A stretch of DNA of 64,000 nucleotides from Octopus sinensis. Taxonomy: Eukaryota. The stretch covers positions 196,602,001 through 196,666,000 of the forward strand of contig NC_042997.1 of assembly GCF_006345805.1 (NCBI RefSeq), read 5' to 3'. How positions within the stretch are numbered: position 1 is the stretch's first letter; each line of letters begins with the position of its first letter. The notes under the pieces are model-generated. The model saw nothing but the letters and a program-made list of their open reading frames with translations. It had not been told where the DNA came from and ran no database searches. Made by a program: the position numbers and the translations under genes. Below are positions 13,661-25,266 of this stretch, one piece after another.

Positions 13661-13779
13661 TTTCTGCCCAAGGCACCGTGCAGTGGGTTTGAACCTAAAA
13701 CCCCGAGGTTCGAAAGCTTTTGGAAAAAAATGGAAAGAATGACATATTACAAATTTATAGAATTGGTTATATTTTATGG

Positions 13780-14472
13780 TTTACTTGTTTCAGTCATTAG
13801 ACTGCGGCTATGCTGGAGCACGGCCTTGCAGGAATTTTGTGGAATAAATCAACCCAAGTACTTCAAATTTCTTGAAAGCCTGGTCTAATTCTATCGATAT
13901 ATTTTTGCCGAACCGCTAGTTTACAGGGACGTAGACAGCGTAGTCAAGCGGTGGCGGGGGACAAACACTGACACAAAGACACGCACATACACGTATCCAT
14001 CTACCTGTCTATCTATCTTTTTAACTTCTATCAGTCATTTGACTGCAGCTTTGCTGGAGCACCGCCTTTGGTCACACAAATCAACCCCATGACTTATTCT
14101 TCGTAAGCCTAGTACTTAATCTATTGGCCTCTTTTGCCGAACCGCTAGTTTACTGGGGCGTAATCACACCAGCATCGGTTGTCAAGCGATGGTGTGTGTG
14201 TGTGTGTGGGGGGGGGGTGAACACAGGCACACAGACATATACATGATGGGCTTCTTTCACTTTCCCTCTACCAAATCCACTAACAAGGCTTTGGCCACCC
14301 CGAGGCTATAGTAGAAAACAGTTGCCCAAGGTGCCACGCAGTGTGACCGAATCCACAACCATGTGGTTGGGAAGCAAGCTACTTAGCACACAGCCACACC
14401 TCTATCTATATATATGTATGTATATATATAAGATTATGTCTTCCCTATCAATTATTAAATACACACACACGC

Positions 14473-14512
<40 letters not shown>

Positions 14513-14670
14513 TATAACCTGCTTCTTTCAGTTTCTGTCTACGAAATCCACCCACAAGGCTTTGGTCGGCTCAAGTCTATGGTAGAAGTCATTTGCCCAA
14601 GATGCTGCGCAGTGGGACTGGCCACGGAACTGTGTGGGTGGGAAACAAAACTCACCACACACCCACGCGG
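13780..14670 (-). mobile_element. Cluster of SINE family B pieces (13780-13985, 14025-14400, 14520-14670)
   Basis: Reverse complements of the family B tail and head. Confidence 0.85.
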
Positions 14671-15554
14671 AAATATGCTCTGAAGAAAACCTGTGTACTT
14701 AAATTGAGACTGTGCTGGAATCCCCTTTCATTCTGCCTTCTAAAAACATATTTCGTTTTGATATTTTCATCGATGTCAGCTATCGTAAAGTCTAGCAAAA
14801 TCGTTTTAACAGTAACAGAGAAGTCAGTATAAGCGTGTAATCACATGCTTTTACACTGTATTTATTAAAACACACACACACATATATTGAATTTTCTAGG
14901 TACACATGTGTGTGAATAGCTATAAATATGCAGATATTGATTATGTAAATATGTTGTATTATAAAGTTAATGAGTGCATGCAGGCATATATATATATTCC
15001 GTTATTGATTCCTTGTTTTGACTTAAAGGCGGTGAATCTGAGCGTGGAAGTAGAGACGTCAGTAGATGGTTTGCATCTCTAGTCAGAAGCACACTTGTTT
15101 TTACCAAAGAAGAAGAAGAAGAAGAAGAAAAAACTAGCAAGTGCATATAAATACTTCCGGTTCTCTCCGATCGATTAAAAGCGAGATTCTATATATTGGA
15201 ATGTAGAAAATATGCTGCTTCCAAAGAGAATTAAATTATACGAGCCAGTTATCTTTAAAGAGAAAAAAAAAAAAAACAGAAGAAGAGAAAGATAAAAGTA
15301 AACGAATCTATGATTATTGTAATGAGCCATGTACAAAGAGATGGGATGGTCACGATCAGAACGCCTTTGATCATAAGTGTACGAAACAACAACAGTTGTT
15401 ACAAATAGATTATGCAAAATGAAAGAAGTAATCTGTGCAAATTATAAGTCAACGAGACAGCGTCTTGGTGGTCGTTATATTTGCTACAAATACATGTAAA
15501 TTTTCGCAAAAGCAATTGTTTTGCGAAATTATTTATTCAATAATTTCTGTAAAT

Positions 15555-15760
15555 TACGGAGATGTACTTGCATAGCAAGTGACTTGATCTGAGATCGTGT
15601 GCTGAAACGATAATAATTGCAGCGTGGAAGGTGTTTGTAAGCCATTTAAAAAACACACAAAAGCGTTAGATTCACTTCAACATTTAAGTTTAATTTGTCA
15701 AAATATTTTCGTCGCTTTAAGACCGCGACCTGTTCACTGACAAAAATCCGTGCTGCATTA
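15555..15760 (-). mobile_element. Solo Penelope-like terminal unit carrying a hammerhead fold
   Basis: tgatctgagatcgtgtgctgaaac and agccatttaaaaaacacac resemble the tail and arm of the fold-backs at 1054, 44170 and 62115. Confidence 0.65.
15694..15744 (-). ncRNA. Minimal type I hammerhead ribozyme, G3:C8 variant
   Basis: Minus strand UUUGUCA-GUGAACA-G-GUCGC-ggucuuaaa-GCGAC-GAAA-AUAU-UU-UGACAAA: 7-bp stem I, 5-bp stem II, palindromic stem III (AAUAUU). Confidence 0.65.
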
Positions 15761-15869
15761 ATTTCTGTAAAGAATGCCAGAAAGAAAAACAAAACGATGG
15801 GCTCCAGCTAAGAATTGTTCGAGAAAATAAAGCATGAGGAAGTCAATTAACTGTCCATGTTTAAAACAG

Positions 15870-16057
15870 TTACCGTACAGTCGCACCACTGTGTAAGTCA
15901 CAATCCTAATTTAGTGTTAAATTTTGGTACAAAATTCCACCTCCGACTTATATTCAAACTTCATATCAGATTGGTTCCGCATATAAGTCGCATCCCAGTT
16001 TATTTTAGTTAAGATCAAGTATAAAATAGCGCGGTTTATACACGAATAAATAAGGCA
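15870..16057. mobile_element. Decayed Tc2/pogo-like MITE (related copy at 51681-51818, opposite orientation)
   Basis: taccgta terminus, internal tataagtcgca / gacttata repeats, end ttatacacgaataaataaggca. Confidence 0.5.
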
Positions 16058-16101
16058 CACAACGTTCTGTATGTTTTAGAGACGTTAATAGTCTATAACG
16101 T

Positions 16102-16394
16102 GGAGGCACATGGCCTAGTGGTTAGAGCAGCGGACTCGCGGTCGAGGGATCGCGGGTTCGAATCTCAGACCTGGCGATGTGTGTGTTTATGAGCGAAACA
16201 CCTAAGCTCCACGCGGCTCTGGCAGTAGGTAATAGCGAACTTCTGCTGACTCTTTCGCCACAACTTTCTCTCGCTCTTTCCTCCTGCATCTTGCAGCTCA
16301 CCTGCGACGGACCGGCGTCCCGTCCAGGTAGGGAACCTATACGCCAGGGAAACCGGCCCTTTTGGGTCAGTGATGGCTCGAGAAGGAAGAAACA
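16102..16394 (+). mobile_element. tRNA-Arg-like SINE (family D head, alternative tail) with TSD
   Basis: ggcctagtggttagagcagcggactcgcggtc...gggttcgaatctc; TSD aatagtctat at 16087-16096 and 16395-16404. Confidence 0.85.
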
Positions 16395-16409
16395 ATAGTC
16401 TATTACAAT

Positions 16410-17400
16410 AAGGCAGCGAGTTAGCGCGCTGGACAAAATGCTTGGCGGTATTTCACCTGTTGCTACGTTCTGAGTTCAAATTACATCGCGGTTGACTTTG
16501 CCTTTCATGCTTTCGGAGTCGATAAATAAAGTACCAGTGAAACGCTGGGGTCGATGTAATCCTCTCCCCTCCATAAAAATTTCAGGCCTTGTGTCTATAG
16601 TAGAAAGGATTATATTGAGGCGGCGAGCTGGCAAAATCGTTAGCACGTGAGGCAAAATGCTTTACGTTCTAAGTTCAAATTCCACCGAGGTCGACTTTGA
16701 CCTTCATCATTTCAGGTATTTGATAATATAAGTGCCGGTTGAACAAATGGAGTCGATGTAATCCACTTACCCACTCTTCTGCAATTGCTGGACTTGTGCC
16801 AAAATTTGAAACCAATATTCTATATATTGTATAGAATTTGCCAACTTTAACACGGACTCACGCACACCTTACGTACACACACACACACACATTACACTCA
16901 TAGAGGAAAGCTTTCAATAACAAACAAACACACGCACGTTATGATAATTGCTAATGCTTAGTAAAATGTCAAAAAGAACAGACTCCTTCTCAAACAAAAA
17001 AGAAAAAAAAACAGTTGAATTTCAAACTAATGTCTTTACATCGTGAGTTCAAATTCCGCCGAGGTCGACTTTGCCTTTCATCCTTTCGGAGGCGATAAAT
17101 TAAGTACCAAATGCGTACTGGGGTCGATCTAATCGATTGGATCTCTCCCCCAAAATTTCGGGCCTTGTGCCTAGTCTAGAAAAGAATACTGATAACCCTT
17201 TCTTCTACAAGGCGTAGAGTTTTGGTGGAGCTAGTTAGTCGATTACTCAGACCCAGTGTCCAACTGCTACTTATTTCATCGACCCCGAGTACATGAAAGG
17301 CAGAATCGACCTCTGTGGAATTTGAACTCAGAACGTAAAGACGGACGAAATGCCGCTAAGCATTTTGTCTGGTGTGCTAATGATTCTACCAGCTCATCAA
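16410..17400. mobile_element. Cluster of SINE family A copies (+16410-16612, +16617-16818, +17030-17187, -17195-17400)
   Basis: Family A head and body motifs; the last two are adjacent and inverted. Confidence 0.85.
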
Positions 17401-17423
17401 CTTATTCTACAATAATAATAATA

Positions 17424-17790
17424 AAAACAAGAGCACTCAGAAGGTGCAAACCTCCGCCAAGGCAACACCAACGTCACCTCAACGATTAGCCAGAGATGAT
17501 TTTTTAAATGGGAATATCTGACATAAACTCGACTACTCTCACAAATGAGAATACTAAAAATGAACTCTACCGCCCTCAAAAATTAAATAAAAAAAACGGA
17601 AAAATAATCCAGAATCCTTGTCCGGTACCGAATCGATATCAAAATCTAATCAGTTCGTGCAAGTCACGAAGCCAAACATCCCAGAAAGATTCATCCGAAT
17701 CCATTCAGCGGTTCTTGAGATATCTTGTCCTCAGACAAACAAACACGATTGAAATTAATACCTCCGTCTTCGCTTAGGGCGGAGGTAATT
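17424..17790. mobile_element. Non-autonomous Helentron/DINE-1-like (HINE) element
   Basis: Begins aaacaagag with subterminal cctccgcc; ends in hairpin tacctccgtc-ttcgcttag-ggcggaggta; internal cagacaaacaaac. Confidence 0.6.
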
Positions 17791-17964
17791 AAGTATCAAG
17801 AAGTATCGATTATATTTTTTAAAAAAAGGAGATACTGCAGATTACAAGAGAAATAATTGAAACGGAGTACAATAGAATTGTTTAACTTACCAACGTTAAG
17901 CTTACCGAGACAACTATAGCAGCTAAGCATGTGAGCAAGCTTAAGTGTTTCTTTTTTTATATAT

Positions 17965-18280
17965 AGGCGCAGGAGTGGCTGTGTGGTAAGTAGCTTGCTA
18001 ACCAACCACATGGTTCCGGGTTCAGTCCCACTGCGTAGCATCTTGGACAAGTGTCTTCCGCTATAGCCCCGGGCCGACCAATGCCTTGTGAGTGGATTTG
18101 GTAGACGGAAACTGAAAGAAGCCCTTCGTATATATGTATATATATATATATATGTGTGTGTTCGGCAAAACAGACCGATAGAATAAGTGCTGGGCTTGCG
18201 TAGAGTGGGTCCCGGGGTCGAGTTGCTCGATAAAGGCGGTGCTCCAGCATGGCCGCAGTCAGGTGACTGAGACAAGTAAA
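17965..18280 (+). mobile_element. SINE family B with internal deletion
   Basis: Family B head and tail, preceded by tatatata. Confidence 0.9.
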
Positions 18281-18867
18281 AAAAAATATATATATATATC
18301 GCTTTGGGCAATTCTACTTTTCTTCGTCGAAGGATCCATAATTTACATGGCAGCGTAAGGCTGAGGATTGGCGAAATAGCTGGGTCAACGTTCTGGATGA
18401 CTTGCGATATTTGTTAAGGCTCTTTGCACTCTGCGTTCAAATCCTGCCGTGGCCCACTGAGGTGGTAGACTTTATCAGTTGATCAATACTACCAATAACC
18501 CCACCATTACAACGATCACAACCACGCGGCTTGTGGATGTCTTTAGCCGAGTTCTCTCTCTTGCAATTATTCAGTTCAAGTTTGAGAAAGACTTATCTTC
18601 CCTGTTGTCCGTCCATCTGACCAAGCAATGAAGATGTATAGAGACTTCCTGTAAACTCTGTGTTTGGGCAGGAATGGCTATGTAGTCAAGAAGTTAGTTT
18701 CGCTTCTCTATAGTTTCAGATTCAAGTTCATTGTGGGGCAATTTGGATAATTGTCTTTTTTTGCCATAGCCTCAGGTGAAACAAAAGCATTCTGAGCAGA
18801 CCGAAACTACGTGGAAGTCAGTTGGCGGGACGGTTCCCATTCTCTGGCAGTATACTTAAGCCACGAT

Positions 18868-19285
18868 AAGGCGGCGGGCTGGCAGAAACGTTAGCACGCC
18901 GGGCGAAATGCTTAGCCGTATTTCATCTGCCGTTACGTTTTGTGTTCAAATTCCGCCGAGGTCGACTTTGCCTTTCATCCTTTCGGGGTCGATTAAATAA
19001 GTACCAGTTACGCACTGGGGTCGATATAATCGACTTAATCCGTTTGTCTGTCCTGTTTGTCCTCTCTGTGTTTAGCCCCTTGTGGGTAATATAGAAATAC
19101 GTATTTCGTCTGTCTTTACGTTTTGAGTTCAAATTCCGCCCAGGTCGACATTGCCTTTCATCCTTTGGGGGTCGATTAAATAAGTACCAGTTACACACTG
19201 GGGCGATATAATCGACTTAATTCGTTTGTCTGTCCTTGTTTGTCCCCTCTGTGTTTAGCTCCCTGTGGGTAGTAAAGAAATAGGT
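18868..19285 (+). mobile_element. SINE family A dimer
   Basis: Same head-plus-duplicated-body layout as 27-443. Confidence 0.9.
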
Positions 19286-20054
19286 AGACTTAAGCCACCA
19301 CTCAGCTTCACACCACTAGACCGCGAATGTTTTAAATTGAGTCCATTTTGTTCCAATCATTCGCTTCTGATCAACGGTTTGACGATATGCCGCGCTTTTC
19401 TTCTCCCTGAAAAGGTTCATAGGTGTTATGACTCCTTTCTAAGTTTTAAAATATGCTAACAGTTCAGTAAAATACCAAAAGTAACAATAGAACAGTCAAT
19501 CCATACCTTCTGATATATTTTCTATGAGGCTATAACAGCTCCAGGGATGCTATGACTTTATAAAAGCTGTATATTAAAATAAAGTGTTTTGTAGGAAGAT
19601 AGATTTTAATTGTTGTCAAGCGGACATTAACACAAAACACAAAGTAAAGACAGTGCTAACGTACTTAATGTGGTGATGAGCTAAAACATTTTAATTAATT
19701 AACTAATTAATTAATATTACACCCGTGATCCAGTGTGAAAATGATTAATCATTTTAGTGATTAATTCCGATTAAGATCTGCAGGGGAAACAATCTTGAAA
19801 TATACATTTTTAATAATTAATTTAGAATAAAGCGGTGAGCTGGCAAAATGATGAGTGGCATTTTGTCCATCTTTACGGTCTGAGTGGAAATTCCGCCGAG
19901 GTGGACTTTGCTTAAAAGAAAATAAGTACCAGTTGAGTACTGGGTTCAATGTAATCGACTTGCCCCCTCCCACCGAAATTGCTGACCTTGTGCCAGAAAT
20001 GTGAAATCAATAATTTATTTAGAATGGAAAGTGAGTACAGAAAGTAGTTTGTTT

Positions 20055-20090
<36 letters not shown>

Positions 20091-20276
20091 GGCTAGAACA
20101 ATAATATAAAGTCAAATAAATCAGGTATGGAACCTTGCATTGAATACTTTGGCCAAAACATTCTTAATCAATTAAGGTTTGGCAGAAAATTCTTTATTTA
20201 TTTGTTATAAGTTAGTTTCTACAGGGTGTTCAAAAGGTCTCTCCGCAGTAAGTATATATATATACGCATATATATA

Positions 20277-20490
20277 TGACGGGCTTCTTTCAGTTTCCGT
20301 CTATCAAATCCACTCGCAAGGGTTTGGTTGGCGGGCTGCTTTCAGTTTCTTTCTACCGAATCCACTCACACGGCTTTGATCGGCCCGAGGCTACAGTTGA
20401 GGACACATGCCTAAGGTTCCACGTAGTGGGACTGAATCCCGAACCATGTAGTTGGGAAGCAAGCTTCTTACCACACTGCCACACCTGCGC
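20277..20490 (-). mobile_element. SINE family B 5' half with a short internal duplication, flanked by TA
   Basis: ttcagtttc...aatccactc appears twice. Confidence 0.8.
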
Positions 20491-20744
20491 CTATATATAT
20501 ATATATATATCGCCATAGTGTTTCCTACGGCTTATGTTAGCGGACGTGTGTGAAATATAAAAGCAGTGTTTAATTTGAATAAGCTGATTAGAAACCGATG
20601 TATCCTCTAAGATATATTGCAGGGAGATCTCTGTCAAAAGTCTGGGCTCTATAAATTTAGGGTTCAAATAAACAAGAAAATAAAATAAATCAGTAGCGCT
20701 GTGATGTGAAAAAGTGGAATCTTGCTTAATATATGATTGCTGAC

Positions 20745-21290
20745 GGGGTCGGTAAATCAAATACCAGTTGCGTATTGGGTCGATCTAATCGACTGGCCCC
20801 CTCCCCCAAAAGTTCGGGCCTTCTACCTAGAGTAGAAAAGAATGTGTTGGCGAAGGGGGTGAGCTGGCAGAAACGTTAGCACGGCCGGCGAAATGCTTAG
20901 CAGTATTTCGTCTGTCGATACGTTCTGAGTTCAAATTCCGCCGAGGTCGACTTTGCCTTTCCTCCTTTTGGGGTAGATAAATTAAGTACCAGTTACGCAC
21001 TGGGGTCGATGTAATTGACTTAATCTCTTTTACTGTCCTTTTTTGTCCCCTCTATCTTTGACCCCTTGTGGGTAATAAAGAAATAAGAAACGTTTGCAAC
21101 GCCGGGCGAAATGCCTAGCTATATTTCGTCTGTCTTTACGCTCTGAGTTCAAATTCCGCCGAGGTCGACGTTATCTTTCATCCTTTCGGGGTCGATAAAT
21201 TAAATACCAGTTCCGTACTGGGTTTGATCAAATCGATCAGCCCCCACCCCCAAGATTTCAGGCCTTGTGCCCAGAGTAGAAAAAAATATA
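20745..21290 (+). mobile_element. SINE family A partial copy plus dimer
   Basis: Family A motifs with both tail variants. Confidence 0.85.
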
Positions 21291-21347
21291 TGATTTCTGA
21301 CTTTTTGACAAAAATCTTCCTATGCGCGCTCACGCGCACACACAGAC

Positions 21348-21357
<10 letters not shown>

Positions 21358-21431
<74 letters not shown>

Positions 21432-21432
21432 A
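21358..21432. repeat. Perfect (TG)n microsatellite
   Basis: About 36 TG units. Confidence 0.98.
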
Positions 21433-21809
21433 TGTATATCTATCTATCAATTCACATACTCACCCGCGCACACACAGATATATATATATATATATATGTA
21501 TATTTGTACATGTGTACGTATTTATATATATATCAATGTGCGGGTGAGTGTATGTGTTTGTGTCGATAATCCATGCTGTCGATAAACCAGATAATGCGTG
21601 GAGATAAGTGGAAATGTTTAAGAAAATTTCTAACTTATCCTCCTCCTCTTCCTCCTCCTCATAATCATCGTTATCGTTGTCTTAATCGTCGTGATCATTA
21701 TTATTATTTACACTCAGAGCGTAAAACCGGAAGAAATGTTGGTTGCTAAGTATATCGTTTGTCATGCTAACGAATCTGCCACTTCGCTGCCTGAGTAGCA
21801 ATAGCAATT

Positions 21810-22280
21810 TCGTTCTACTATAGGCACAAGACCCGAAATTTTGTGGAAGGGAGCTGGTCGACTCCATCGGACCCAGTTGCTTTACTAGTTCTCATTTTAG
21901 CGATTCCAAAGGAACGAAAGGTAAGATCGACCTCTGCTACATTTGAACTCAAAATGTTAAATCGGAGGAAATGCTGCTATGTCAAATATTCCGCAGCATT
22001 GAATATTCTGCCGGCTGACTGACTCCGTAATAATACTAATAAGAACAATAGCAATGATAATAATAATCCTTCCAATTATAGGCACAAGGCTTGGATTTTG
22101 TGGGGAGGGGGTCAGTCGATCGCATCGACCTCAGTACTTAACTGGTACTTGATTTATCGACCCCGAAAGGATGAAAGGAAAAGTAGATCTCGGCGGAATT
22201 TGAACTCAGAACGTAGCTGCAGGCGAAATACTGCTAAGCATTTCGCCCGGCGTACTAACGATTCTGCCAGCTCACCGACT
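21810..22280 (-). mobile_element. Two SINE family A copies (21810-22015, 22067-22280)
   Basis: Reverse complement of family A; (AAT)n at the ends. Confidence 0.85.
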
Positions 22281-22283
22281 TGG

Positions 22284-22332
<49 letters not shown>

Positions 22333-22340
<8 letters not shown>

Positions 22341-23717
22341 GCTTGTCCTATGGTTAACAAATCGCTTGTCCTATGGTTAACAAATCGCTTGTCCTATGGT
22401 TAATCTGGAAGCGCGTCCCCCAGGGAAGAGCCAGCCTGGGATCGAAAAGTCATCAACTGGCACAAACTCTTCTCCGAATACGGACATGGATGGTCACTTG
22501 AACGGGAAATCCCCCAACTCGAGCCCTCCAAGTTCACCACCATAACCACCACAGAAAGAAAAATGTAAGCGGAACAAATGGACCCGAGAAGAGTATAAAG
22601 AAGTAATATACGCTTATTACTATGCATTAGGTAGGCCATCTCAAGAGAGACACACCGCAAACTCTTACAGTATATGGATACCCAAACTGAACAACCCGAG
22701 GGAAGTACGGCAACTATTGTTGCAAAGAAGGTGAAAATGATGGCAATGAAAAAAGCGCACGAGCAATTGGCTGATAGGTGGGAGGAGAAACCTCTGCACG
22801 GCAAATATGTGACCCGCAGCAAACAAGCTGATGTTGACCAGAAGCAAACCCATCAGTGGCTACGGAGCTCAGGGCTAAAAGCAGAGAGTGAAGGTTTCAT
22901 CCTGGCTGCTCAAGATCAAAGCCTATTAACCCGGAACTACCAGGCCAATGTGATGAAAAATGGAGCAGACCCCAAATGCCGATTCTGCAACGACATGATT
23001 GAAACAGTGGACCACCTAATCTCTGGATGTAAAGTCTTAGCACTAGTGGAGTATAAATTAAGACATGACAGAGTTGGCCAATATCTCCACTGGCTAATAA
23101 GTCGGCATTACAATATCAAAACTGCCGACAAGTGGTATAATCACCACCCTGAGGCTGTAACTGAAGGAGAAAATGTAACCATTCTGTGGGACTTTCCAGT
23201 ACATACAGACCGAACCATCAAGGCCAATAAACCAGATATTGTTGTGAAAGACCAAAACAATAAAGTTTGCTTATTGATCGACATGAGCATCCCCTGTGAT
23301 CATAATATCTTAGCGAAAGAGTTTGACAAGCTCAGAAAATATAAAGACCTACTCATTGAAATTGAGAAAATGTGGCATCTCAAGGCGGTTACAATACCAG
23401 TGATCGTAGGAGCACTAGGAATGATCAAGAAGGGAACCGAAAATTATATGAGAATGATCCCTGGCTTACCATCCCTGCAAGAAGTGCAAAAGATTGTCTT
23501 AACTGGTACATCACACGTATTGAGAAGAGCATTGTCGATGTGAGAACTGTTGCTGCTCATGTATTTTAATTTAACTTTAAAAAAAAAAAAAAAAAATTAA
23601 CGAACTACTGAGTTTGGTTTAATGGCCTACCAATGTATACTATGAGTTTCTTTGCTCTAGGAGTCGGGAAGACACTCGGCAAGAAATGGAAGCAAATTTG
23701 AAAGAAGAAAAAAAAAG
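22333..23717 (+). mobile_element. Internally deleted R4/Dong-type non-LTR element inserted in (TAA)n
   Basis: N-terminal Myb-like KRNKWTREEYKEVIYAYYY (~22570-22625) joined at ~22675 to the C-terminal region; (AAT)n at 22288-22334 and 23718-23735. Confidence 0.85.
22674..23543 (+). CDS. C-terminal CCHC zinc knuckle plus restriction-like endonuclease (RLE) domain of R4/Dong-type ORF, uninterrupted 289 aa
   Basis: KPLHGKY, AAQDQ, CRFC-x8-H-x4-C, RHD, ILWDF, KPDIVV, LIDMSIP, KYKDL, PVIVGALG. Confidence 0.85.
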   Translation: MDTQTEQPEGSTATIVAKKVKMMAMKKAHEQLADRWEEKPLHGKYVTRSKQADVDQKQTHQWLRSSGLKAESEGFILAAQDQSLLTRNYQANVMKNGADPKCRFCNDMIETVDHLISGCKVLALVEYKLRHDRVGQYLHWLISRHYNIKTADKWYNHHPEAVTEGENVTILWDFPVHTDRTIKANKPDIVVKDQNNKVCLLIDMSIPCDHNILAKEFDKLRKYKDLLIEIEKMWHLKAVTIPVIVGALGMIKKGTENYMRMIPGLPSLQEVQKIVLTGTSHVLRRALSM

Positions 23718-23734
23718 TAATAATAATAATAATA

Positions 23735-23940
23735 ATCCTTTCTACTATAGGCATAAGGCCTGAAGTTTTGGGGGAAGGGGTCTAGTCGATTACATCGACT
23801 GTAGTGCGTAGCTGATACTTATTTCATCAAGCCCGAAAGGATGTAAGTCAAGGTTGACCTAGAGGTAATTTGAACTCTGAACGTAAGGACGGGCGAAATA
23901 CCGCTAAACATTTCGCCCGGCGTGCTAACTGCCAGCTTGC
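23735..23940 (-). mobile_element. SINE family A within (TAA)n
   Basis: Reverse complement of family A, AAT runs on both sides. Confidence 0.85.
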
Positions 23941-23970
23941 TTTAATAATAATAATAATAATAATAATAAT

Positions 23971-24204
23971 GACAGGAGAGCAGAGCAAGCCCCCACTCCA
24001 CAAAAGACTGCTCTGCTGGGGACAGCTAGGATTTTGAGATTGGTACTTGGGCGTTGAATGTCTCCCACGATAATTAACAACCAAGTATCAAAGCTTATAA
24101 TGTGTGGAAAGAGACTCTGTGAGACCTCTGACAGCAGGCTGCTGTCCCCTTTACAGAATCTATCAGAACAAACAAGATCGAATGTTCTGAGACGTAAATA
24201 CCTA
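23971..24204 (+). mobile_element. 3' terminus of another R4/Dong-type family
   Basis: QKTALLGTARILRLVLGR* followed by 3' UTR, directly after (AAT)n. Confidence 0.7.
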
Positions 24205-24645
24205 GCAGTGGCTCCCATGGCTTCTGATTTTAACTGATTGTAGGTGTTACGTACAAATTTTGTTTTGGTGCAAAAGATGGGCTACAGCAAATAAGCTGAT
24301 CAATACCACAGATTAGTTGGTCAGTTGCTTCATCTTAATCAGTTGAGCATGTTCCTTGGCGGTTGACGAAATGTGCATCTCTGAGCACGAGGAGAAATAA
24401 TGGGGGAGCATTATAGCTATGTGTTGAGAATAATTCTGTGGAGTTTGAAGTTTTTACTCCTGTAAAGATTGGATGTTTCGTCCATCCTCCTTAAATCTTA
24501 TTCGGGAACCTATTGAGCGGGATGGGCTACTCGACCTAAAAAAATTCTAACTGGACCCCACCTGCAAGGTCATGTGCTGCTCCTCATGATATGAGCTCAC
24601 CATGTTGCGCACATATGGTTCTGATGCACGTGTCTAGGGTACCCT

Positions 24646-24693
<48 letters not shown>

Positions 24694-25232
24694 GGCAGTG
24701 GCTCTCGTGGCTTCTGATCTTAACTGATTGGAAGTGTTATCATGTACATTGTTTTGTTTGGTATAAAAGATGGACTATAGCAAATATTCTGCTCAATACC
24801 ACAGATTTGCTCATCGGTTGTTTGAGCTTAACCAGTTGAGCATGTCCATTAGTGGCTGACGATATGTGCATCTCTGATCACGAGCGGAAGTAGTGGGGGA
24901 GTATCATAGCCATGTGTTGAGAGGGATTATTTGGGGTTTGAATAATTCACCGCTGGAAACATGGGTGTTTCGTTCAACATCCTAAAGCAACCCTTATTCA
25001 GAGACCTTGTGAGCGGGATGGGCTACTCGACCTGAAGAAAAAAATTTAACTAGGCTCCACCTGCAAGGTCGTGTGCTGTTCATCTTGATATGAGATCACC
25101 GTGTCGCGCACATGTGGTTGTGATGCATGTACCTGGCGTACCCTTATCAGACGGGTAGTCATGATTGGCATATAGGGCTTTATATATTTGTACACCAGTG
25201 TCACTTTGATGGCATTCATTGCTCAGTCACTC

Positions 25233-25265
<33 letters not shown>
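24205..25265 (+). repeat. Two tandem diverged copies (24205-24648, 24694-25235) of a ~450-540-bp non-coding repeat, each followed by (AAT)n; probably an R4/Dong 3' UTR
   Basis: Colinear from gcagtggctc..tggcttctgat to gtacccttat; AAT tails. Confidence 0.7.

Positions 25266-25266
<1 letters not shown>

Noticed and set aside
16102-16175. tRNA-Arg-like sequences at 16102, 56746, 57689 and 63910
   Set aside because: They are SINE heads: they run into repeat bodies, some have TSDs, and acceptor stems are poor.
22333-22401. Short direct repeats as a CRISPR array
   Set aside because: No spacers, no cas genes, eukaryotic context.
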